Of a stretch of 64,000 nt of DNA, positions 61,301-64,000 are shown one piece after another (the stretch's first letter is position 1; the number at the start of each line of letters is the position of its first letter). The notes under the pieces are model-generated. The model saw only the letters and a list, made by a program, of their open reading frames with translations. It had not been told where the DNA came from and searched no databases. The position numbers and the translations under genes were made by a program. Source of the stretch: a virus (Duplodnaviria; Caudoviricetes); the IMG/VR virus record IMGVR_UViG_3300038393_003183, positions 4,656-68,655 of that record. One strand, written 5' to 3'.

Positions 61301-63715
61301 GCGGGGCTGTACAACTCGACCATCCGCGACAAGTACGGCTCGGCCATGCTGCAAGCCGGGATCGTGTTCACGCCCGAGGAACTGCGCGGGCTGTTTGGCC
61401 TGAACGAGGGCCAGATCGGGCTGTACCAGGAGTTCCGCGCCGCCGTCGACAAGAGCCTGACCAACCTGACCATCACCGAAATGGTGCGCATGGGCGGCAA
61501 GCACGCGGACGGCACGCTGGAGCACCTGCTGGACGCGCCCGACCTGCGCACCGCCGCCTCGCTGCTGCAGGCGCATTTTGCGGCGCTGGTGCGGCAGGAC
61601 CCCGAGAACGCGCCGCTGTACGCGCGCACCGCCCAGGCGGTCGCCAACGTGGCCAAGAAGGGCCAGCGCCTGATGGACAAGGGCTACGCGCCGCTGATGC
61701 GCTTCGGGCGCCACACCGTGTACGTGACCGAAGACGGCCAGCAGATGTATTTCGGCATGTACGAGAACCGCGCCGACGCCAACAAGATGGCACGCCAGAT
61801 GCGCGAGCTGCACCCCGAGGCGCGCGTCACGCAGGGCACGCTGTCGGAGGAGGAATACAAGCTGTTCTCCGACATATCGCCCGAGACGCTGGAAATGTTC
61901 GGTGCCATCCTCGGCCTGCGCGACGACGAGGGCGATGCCGCCGACCTCGCGTTCCAGACCTTCCTCAAGCGCGCGCGCGACAACCGCAGCGCCCTCAAGC
62001 GCCTGATCCACCGCAAGGGCGTGGCGGGCTTCTCGGAAGACCCCGGCCGCGTGCTGGCCGCTTTCTTGTATAGCAACGCGCGGCGTGCGTCGGCCAACGC
62101 CCACCAGGGCGAGGTGGACGAGGCCATCAACGAAATCCCGCAGCGCCAGGGTGAGCTCAAGGACGCCGCGATGCGGCTGCGCGACCACGTCTGGAACCCG
62201 CGCAAGAGCACGTTCCTGTCGGGCCTGATGTTCGCCCAGTTCCTCGGCGGCTCGCTGGCCTCGGCGGCGGTCAACATCACCCAGCCGCTGACGATGACCC
62301 TGCCGTTCCTGAGCCAGTACGGCGGCCTGAAAGCGGCCTCGGACGAGCTGCTGCGGGCGGTGCGCGAGGCATCCCGCGACAGCACCGGCGACCCCGAGCT
62401 GGACAAGGCGCTGCAATGGGCGATCGACCAGGGCATCGTGGCCCCGCAGGAGGTCCACTACCTGATCGCACAGGCGGGCGGCAAGGCCACGCTGCGCGCC
62501 GGCGACGGCAGCAAGTCGGGCAATGCGCAGGCGGCGGCGCACAACGCGCTGACGGCGCTGCGCATCGCGTGGGGCAAGCCGTTCGAGTATGCCGAGCTCA
62601 TGAACCGCAAGGTGACGTTCATCGCCGCCTGGCGCACCGCGCGCCGCGAGGGCATCCCGAATGCCGAGCGGTTCGCGGCCGATGCCGTCAACCAGACCCA
62701 GATGGTCTACAACAGCGGCAACCGCCCAGCGTGGGCGCGCTCGCCGATCGGCGGCCTCTTGATGACGTTCAAGCAGTATTCGGTCGGCTATCTGGAACTG
62801 CTGGCGCGGCTGGCCTTCGCGGGCCAGCCGGGTTCCCCCGAGCGCGCCGCCGGGCGCCGCGCCGCGCTGTACATGGTTGCGGTGCTGTTCCTGATGGCAG
62901 GCGCGGACGGCCTGCCGTTCGAGCAGGACGTGGAGGACGCGATCGACGGCCTGCTGCAACGCCTCGGCTACAACTTCTCGACCAAGCGCGCCAAGCAGGC
63001 ATTGCTGGCCGACGTGCTGGGCGCGGGCGGGGCCGACTTCGTGACCAAGGGCTTGTCGGCGCTGCCAGGCATGCCGCTCGACGTGGCGGGCCGCTTCGGC
63101 ATGGGCAACCTGATCCCCGGCACGGGCCTGCTCAAGAAGAAGGAGGACTACACGCGCGACCTGGGCGAGCTGGCCGGGCCGGCGGGCGACCTCGCCAAGC
63201 GGGCGTTCACGGCCAGCGGCAAGGCGCTCGGTGGCGACCTCGCGGGGGCCGCGCTGGACCTGTCGCCGCTGGCGGTGCGCAACATGGCGCAGGGTGCGGA
63301 CATGCTGCGCACTGGCAGCTACAACGACCAGCGCGGCTACAAGGTCAACGACACCACGCCGTTCGAGGCGGTCATGAAGGGGGTGGGCTTCCAGCCCAAC
63401 AGCACCGCCGACATCCAGGAGGCGAAGGGGCAGGCGCTCGACCTGATCGCCCAGACCCGGATGCGCTCGCGCGAGATCGCGGAACGCTGGGCACAGGGCC
63501 GCGCCAACAACGACGAGCAGATGGTGCAGGAGGCGCGCGACATGCGCGACGAGTGGAACCGCAAGAACCCCGACACGCCGATCCGCGTGGACATGCCGGC
63601 CGTCATCCGGCGCGCACGGGCGATGCGCGAGAACGCGGTGGCGCGCACCCAGAAGACTGCCGGTCGCGGCCTCAAGGAGGCGGTGCGCCAGCAATTGTCG
63701 GAGGTGCGCGAGTAG
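43325..63715 (+). CDS. Giant polyvalent internal-virion protein (6,796 aa)
   Basis: Single uninterrupted ORF with consistent GC3 bias. It contains GH73 (ETGWG, NNLGNIK, YAEDP), ParB-like (ILDGHHQW), MTase (EPSAGMG, NPPF), HEALH, a duplicated EELQSDW domain, HELIH, ART-like YHGT...GLYFS and PLMRFG. Confidence 0.92.
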   Translation: MSDALNLLDAYLNQQQHGATPHAADPAAFVAQFAPTAARVGARLGVDPSVLLGQWGLETGWGRSIIPGTNNLGNIKDFSGRGVAARDNATDSVDRYRQFDSADEFGDHYADLLERMYPGALNAGSDAARFAQGLQGGQRRYAEDPAYASKVVAAARDVAGRLGTAAPAEGAQPDQPAGYDPYADILNAGLAATRLPTPAPAQAGVMRTLGDVGIKLAQGAVDLGQSVVGLGSLATGGLVGKAARAVGYDPEATNQFLGQYLSPSQQAAEQAVQNSDGMVDAIVQSLTHPRSILGGAAESLPGMLGGMGLTAAVARGIGLKAALATTEGALARDLALQAGKNEAQAAAAALSTMAGKRAAADAIDAASARLMAIGSASEGAQSAGQIADQAQGQGRSWGQYVLPALAAGTATAGIGYGAGRLMGDVGTDIATGSHTVKGGLPARLAKEAFSEGVLEEAPQSAQEQFFTNVATGEPDLMKGVGQQAGVGGVVGAAMGAGMGMVHRPAGPLTRAAQAAGANVPAATTPDSQPAAAAPAAPSPEAQPAAQQPLAEAAATAAQAVPPAAQNIPATLGEALATAPDAAPAPDMPDHGLPQLAATARHAAEVEGLQQQSAHESLNANLPASQANATQRARMAVLDGVLERLPPDTPPERKLAAFSAQLKREGYRFTAPTPDEMEYVATHARVADAYTRTEQEYAAPNELVDAVPERKAPVPPPRKKAAPAPLLPPELLPAAQEAKDATAFWKALNRAGIPQGQRAPLMEGFKAFVKNGRKQQGGTNATALPENPAAAGTGSDQPVAGHGADDTARPGVAGPALAEQPGAAAASGEADATDPVRAGGGSDAEPALNAQQLDGEWHAFPPESGTLGIERADMPQIKAEHRGALTQFLKARGITHEQESVLPSSLKATQREFSIDKVDRAKNFQEGDRAILVSSDDHILDGHHQWLAALEHDTPIRVIRFNAPIRELLPEAAQFPSAELEEGAQAAPEGEAPHLSIGKTPNSAAPVTVRDGVVHIGAYPAQDFDSGADITVPDGATAQQIKDALVKGGAIGHGNKIFGMPKEAEAAKVPEVAPTASPAEQFQGIMGDLEKGSAAERARAEWEKSPDDSPPPPLPFPAAQTEAVTETAPPQSAAVEAPALDAAADDLDEQIRAAGAHLIDVLTDITGSKLKATGPQYTAGDLLPALSKLIGLLIQKGARSFAQAVAGTARALRGLPGGAEAVDKISARQWKAGYNAVADYHEGTDSEAAVAAMPADEVLRLVQPAASSAAPKRPINPDPQALELAREVLNGRFMADHKDKNEVIRLARERGIPPEHLAFGPDAATAKLVVDEVADRNLHAAPAEAIERKIKKLRAEVDESLSHSVATFDPTRLGGSGAAGRQRDRAHASERRNLTSALADRLQRELDQRTAPATSGPSAPADELELTTQQLNRKSVKDMTDAELRRAQQELPKRAEPVAKEIERRRLLLQAAAQSKVDEVIDRGRKMVAEKVATDLAAWAKSENGEDGFALRDYKLRDYAFVRPEQAQETAAEFRANPQLYAKLANVQPEDIARFADVIAQQLEAGTKPERPKNIGANDEYHGFGADLPPMQRSRAQKALGQYLRFDGVMRTRKAEMERRVAEGARIEPHDRDGRRLFNPRGAFLPEGAIGKTAMDYAAHLIAQRGQQQAAAAQPQEPASPVHLEGSSEYENLRQREAVNDKAVDQLNDEQVERLFKAMNLAGGKQGIEWKRNAIKAEHPDDVEAGLQALADDDVVRAHFGTPAEHVESGQSEPATLAVIGQSLAKEAAHTPINYKTAKANLLAAIDAAIATAPQKDTVTNGQETELHAAAAELDKAREALRVGKGDRAQLLAAVRRAEQRSVDARKAAHYLEFDVPGDGKFSVLNSREKLSEFRKRVVESKGFDAPKRRSSGSASSRTLGVSENPAAAIRDMLEQGEKVAAYELAKTIGQPFRFTPNTAQGSTGPNLYMDARDIPDMPHGIQGYVGRRYGDKGKPWYFIEKNTGMHIGEPATSAVAAEKSARDKIKATNKDALANAIHRFASTVPDNAALEAAWLAAAEKSDDDYATKLEREAQAATRQREAQAERAQAEAEQRAREAAARAASPEGKIEAAGFTIRGTTMRVNDGNGVEVTYPGSQKIGQISKFDRLNDKYRAYVATERSESGTLEQAIAWLKDWYAKEAAAKAAKQPSNAAKIGDTVSIQGTDFVLFRQQVAGDGVLRQLFNGAKLADKRGAVRYADPDSGETIYIKVFPTFDAAERVFEEAPATEPPAEPAPRSGSVRSVDSLNALTNPLGDGDVVRLADGSEWTVRNRMKGWSLMQGQTEHPEVRDIPSQVGLIRAIIDADAEAEARMKAKATPAPTEKPYYIERGADGKYVLENDDHIEADGGQPRKFDTDYAALQWAEANGIPVYHVHARMARTQHETITAAKAEGRAAALAGKPKAPPGGYSRHRIKHDAWLAGYDSAAAEQSTAEATPPAEGGTDDRISPEQAKKQMAWRDLGQRDGVTTHKLFFNEDGEGDASGAISIASVQKIDGGKWELGGERFDGLRDAKKAAVEAGLQYLREQGYVAKEAAPAEAAQDVSDDWSNRLDQLAQVKKEPEAAPAAPVDLTARPALPPDESGYESLRARLQAYSEAFLRWVATLPDSTIENQGALVRKINSTPMREWVRIDNGDDHHQKSIDFLGPNRKLELREFAGGMSSNHSGYTVPGSGRDVAAILHNMVAQVEGGRRGETNHWAAERVAAERYKAGESVAAAIKALFAAPQQAAASEAAPQQEAAGVEARPAQSPVDTLGLMNVAEQERTEKALYDGELPLAALKANFKRLLASEQVIRDELNATKKDDLLKMGGVYFYHRHRNDNKPDIIKALYEQMLHQYTLNESISYVMGRDSYRSAMEKVVDALTPEKLAAFREKVIASRKEARAEAEQHVAALTDPQTADDFDTLARSQMAEYQKEHPDATNAAAFLHARLSMTPEQRARYDELKADAARADRASRKVEKQDQALRVPGEPLRATETIKTKHGKYGHDLWQFQIEQRVSTEEYKRLSDAARRLGGDYSSYRGNGAIPGWQFKTPEGAEAFKKLIAGDDSAAREVAQARRDAFDDDRSQSTVERLREMAERLDEQASESEGRERKTNTARRAGFAAAADAAARRQRAMAETMRNLAAGIEAGTVKFLDRVRAMTQIDLLNTLAEKARDKAADAEFPLAEDKQRRTWSRPHGYDKRLEVKPTVSDMDHAEFPSYTAYRSDLATLGRQLLEVDGTKKLGEKIMKVADDVTAAYLKFAKENLHRVSTYTKRRGPDGKDEPAVFENKISAERAIAASNLSGKAIVLPFKRGQNIIVMSPSEAIEHAIWKGDGDKKITLHPDFGAELVERLARVNRRQQRVSVPWTFDTAYERRKALARMNIESPAELRAALREYLGLKVAPKEADRVKELERQMVGRRNDGLDFFPTPADQADDMIAVAELEAGMRVLEPSAGMGHIADRIREAGVEPDVMEISPERRELLEAKGYELVGNDFMDMKAAPRGYTFGDLMEAPDGVRGIVRGKGGMGSDRVRLVDPADPTRNLGFYNFSELQGIEYRGVQSGYDRIIMNPPFSNRRDAEHVMHAYSLLKPGGRLVAIMGEGVFFGQDKMAQAFRDWLAERGGTSEKLAEGTFNDPSLPVNTGVNARMVVIDKPADAAQVADTMYSKAVPDETRRKLLVAAAAAAIAPNASAADVALGKAKPLDPKLLGQRVLPGVEKVLRDGQSSGTTSLNGIKVLHQAMKLIALSGPKELRPLAAQIDKLLPTSGTVMVTVDDTRHMNVHGAVELEPFVHLRLFTAQGHRGMTYETVLHEALHVAVAARYRSLSVGMVRGNDKVIGMAAPQAAKALAQFEAVWDEFRSAVAAEQFANKELGLAVDEARANPDEFFVRALTDPLLQAYMAGKRYEGRTLWERFKDWVKTFLFGMVETGGTAPSWLDAALAASGDVAEAMGQDRADFKRLAAINNYEPPKAQNSRRVQDEGETKPIAELRFHQLDDGKYRVVGVGSDREVVLANNYDEAGLARALGDDLAARIVRENAGQIDGLNVRAKIGAAEPPPPEPPTPSAPRGPVFYSALARTIPDMAKIANKDGMVSPEQARAWLAARQKEGKFKAAELLWSGVEDWLKLQPGKIKVDDIARFVDENGVQVQEVIKGERGPDTAGPAADREDRDAVLEELGEEYGQFLEENGLPELSADELLLHPSLTPEQRDWLRDFSERWESAEWGDSEPSEQRPDDPKYATYTMRGGENYRELLLTLPSEHVEIREDLIDYLQQQMRDAGYPGLAGEERRVLREGGPDAIGMLEDYRDRLGLNVNDVLAASRSSGYFSGHWDEPNVVAHVRFNDRTDADGKRVLFIEELQSDWAQEGKKEGFAARHTRALTREQLEERGVEFVHNRGKWQANFEDGQIAEADTLSEAVRQVNEDTDPDFINWLRGGVPSGPFVTDTKAWVTLALKRIIRYAAEHGHDRIAFINGQQSTERYDLARKINEVAYNKQTQFLRVLSKGGKEVFNDVLPQSELADFLGREVADKIAAGGSFVQLTGLDLQLGGEGMHAFYDRIVPQAANELLKKLGAGKMGTVDMRPPDTFEDGQLVYGKDQQDALYTRQPGFDITPALREEALTGLPLFNQAHAPVFYSALARTVPAMAKIATKDGLVSPAQARAWLAARQKEGKFKADELQWSGLDDWLKLQPGKVAVDDIARFVAENGVQVKETLYQASQEGTQTIDALSSRYPDEVAQLRAAGFKPVIEANADGDDQLYFYHADNDHYIDSPLELRQIYGADRQTVDAAQALSNAFASSVSKYQNATRYDNYTLPGGTNYHELLLSLPRKVTPPTAAEVARVQAGRAAIFAQYQPRLDELIKQAEAEQQAGDLVASRALYGEYSSLMAARDQRAAREVGEMPLPRTEPVRYTTGHWDVDNVIAHVRFNDRTDADGKRVLFVEELQSDWGQSGAKDGFTGPEGYAPGGLTAAPWDASQPWGWWRVRDGQGNFVINIDPRELYHRLGRTFDQPMTEALAVQDAERQLRLGHRPSGEKNTTPRGPFVTDTKAWLSLALKRVIRYAAEHGYDRVAFINGEQSAERYDLSKHVDELTWRVADIGGYMLHIKDVTGKITNIRVEDDKELVNTVGKELAERITEYAKAGLESGRMQGLDLKVGGEGMRKFYDQIVPQTANELLKKLGGGKVEPVQMGGDQWRVVETDGGSFVAVGTKAGEEKRFGTRAAADQFVERQRRDTMLKQPGFDITPALRERALAGLPLFDRKASSAMPGASDFDRKLYALVQHGSSGYELLNRIVRESANPDYRALAERLLALHVDPVVELGAPITAADFATSEDVNGATYYPGEHRIELHEPYDTERHLLHELIHAATYQGLRAGGRAAQQMRALFAEVQRRNPTLAGYGMKNVDEFVAEAHSNPAFQARLRAMRDGQRSLWQRFVDIMRRIIGLPEAARDLLDKVLAVGRRVMAENARALGEAGEYAPGNRSAVPAGLIDVDGVQRPTTNSRGRPIAATPTAIRNFWRWFGESKAVDEQGRPLALYHGTPEQDVIDSFRPAEGVDGLYFSDHPAVAQGYTGQRGLWLGRPTGAIYPAYVAMQNPLVIDALGRRYDNIPVPWQPWRPKVYGNLPKNAVSVMGALAYAIEHGHDGLIVRNVIDTVDRAGTTKSDVYAALRPEQVKSVIGNNGAFDPASLEILGNQGWRRPAKLEWERGDENNLDPALKGHLLESYLPDGSTLLLYHDADGATLSHVSEDGHDLLITDGTDAPAASLHFETPEQAKDAAQKVYERIVEDTNPFGAPPDMLGNQSARFGQAVAEAANNINNVRLPAGYVLGDFLRSHGKINWWHKTIGTMDNLARKHPAFALVYRRVQQFLNDVSRFANQAADAAPTLLPQLETWRDIVGRNRKKAVSAEDTRAIAAPIFEGTLLWTRDGAGRPVKLADLEDRAQTMSVADMARELIAAGEMTEEENRAWQTASAGLYNSTIRDKYGSAMLQAGIVFTPEELRGLFGLNEGQIGLYQEFRAAVDKSLTNLTITEMVRMGGKHADGTLEHLLDAPDLRTAASLLQAHFAALVRQDPENAPLYARTAQAVANVAKKGQRLMDKGYAPLMRFGRHTVYVTEDGQQMYFGMYENRADANKMARQMRELHPEARVTQGTLSEEEYKLFSDISPETLEMFGAILGLRDDEGDAADLAFQTFLKRARDNRSALKRLIHRKGVAGFSEDPGRVLAAFLYSNARRASANAHQGEVDEAINEIPQRQGELKDAAMRLRDHVWNPRKSTFLSGLMFAQFLGGSLASAAVNITQPLTMTLPFLSQYGGLKAASDELLRAVREASRDSTGDPELDKALQWAIDQGIVAPQEVHYLIAQAGGKATLRAGDGSKSGNAQAAAHNALTALRIAWGKPFEYAELMNRKVTFIAAWRTARREGIPNAERFAADAVNQTQMVYNSGNRPAWARSPIGGLLMTFKQYSVGYLELLARLAFAGQPGSPERAAGRRAALYMVAVLFLMAGADGLPFEQDVEDAIDGLLQRLGYNFSTKRAKQALLADVLGAGGADFVTKGLSALPGMPLDVAGRFGMGNLIPGTGLLKKKEDYTRDLGELAGPAGDLAKRAFTASGKALGGDLAGAALDLSPLAVRNMAQGADMLRTGSYNDQRGYKVNDTTPFEAVMKGVGFQPNSTADIQEAKGQALDLIAQTRMRSREIAERWAQGRANNDEQMVQEARDMRDEWNRKNPDTPIRVDMPAVIRRARAMRENAVARTQKTAGRGLKEAVRQQLSEVRE
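45660..45866 (+). CDS. Nested +1-frame gene inside the giant ORF (68 aa)
   Basis: GGAGG (45650-54) 5 nt before the ATG. G/C third-position bias switches into this frame, while the giant frame reads a low-complexity linker. Confidence 0.7.
   Translation: MQPLYQRTQPLPEPEAINLLLVTGQMTPRDLALLDRHLRSNRVLPQHLEKLMQLILFAQVAGATPSLH
55595..59161 (+). repeat. Tandem duplication of a roughly 560-630-aa domain (55595-57265 and 57281-59161)
   Basis: Both copies start CCGGTGTTCTACTCGGCGCTGGCGCG and end GGGCTGCCGCTGTTC, with shared internal blocks. Confidence 0.92.
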
Positions 63716-63736
63716 GGCGGCGGCAGGGCGGGGCGG

Positions 63737-64000
63737 TCATTCCTCCCCGCGCGCCCATGCGCCGAACTCGTCCACGATGCGCCGCGCTTCCTGGAGCTGG
63801 GCCGCTTCGTCGTCGTTTTCGGGTGTCAGGGTGCGCAGCGTCATGCTCAGGGTCGCAGCCATCTTCGTGAAACCATCCAGCAAGCGGATCCGGTTTTGCT
63901 TGAAATGCGCCTGAATGGTCGGATGCACTGGAATCTTGTCGTCCAGGGCGCTGCGGTACAGGTCGAGCATGCCCTGAATGGCATCCACGTCAATCTTCAT
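63737..64000 (-). CDS. Hypothetical protein, possibly 5'-truncated at the window edge
   Basis: 87-aa ORF convergent with the giant gene; its ATG falls exactly at the window end. Confidence 0.6.
   Translation of the reverse strand: MKIDVDAIQGMLDLYRSALDDKIPVHPTIQAHFKQNRIRLLDGFTKMAATLSMTLRTLTPENDDEAAQLQEARRIVDEFGAWARGEE

Noticed and set aside
55916-63694. 2,592-aa minus-strand ORF, and similar long antisense ORFs at 40559-45370, 45671-49747, 19876-22947 and 3764-6436
   Set aside because: These are shadow frames of strongly GC3-biased + strand genes. They have no motifs, no RBS and an R/A/G/H/V-skewed composition.
1-64000. tRNA, rRNA, integrase/att sites, transposases, introns or inteins
   Set aside because: No cloverleaf, recombinase or transposase motifs, terminal inverted repeats or intein splice motifs were recognised by eye; a tool search could still find weak ones.

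Overview
The window is the late (morphogenesis) region of a GC-rich tailed phage or prophage with podovirus-type architecture; a betaproteobacterial host is plausible but is inference. The + strand carries, in order: the 3' end of a Q-like Zn-finger gene and a candidate late promoter, terS, terL, portal, scaffold, an N4-gp56-type major capsid, a cement protein, adaptors, a modular tail fibre/spike array, holin-like genes and a GH24 endolysin, the tail nozzle, a SET-cupin fusion, two ejection proteins, and a 6,796-aa polyvalent protein. That protein contains GH73, ParB-like, N6-MTase, two zincin, a duplicated EELQSDW domain, ART-like and PLxRFG regions. A translationally coupled cluster of three DNA methyltransferases is wedged between portal and scaffold. 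Four antisense accessory blocks interrupt the late genes. The most unusual signals are: (1) a C5 MTase with about 12 tandem TL-type modules and a nested +1-frame partner gene resembling the M.EcoHK31I beta polypeptide; (2) a second nested gene with its own RBS inside the giant ORF; (3) an antisense island built from repeated paralogous mini-genes, two orphan antitoxins and a macro-like gene; (4) the SET-cupin gene in front of the ejection genes; (5) an identical 18-bp palindrome at two sites 33 kb apart. No integrase, replication genes, tRNA, rRNA, CRISPR array or reverse transcriptase were seen. All family assignments come from motif recognition by eye and were not database-verified.
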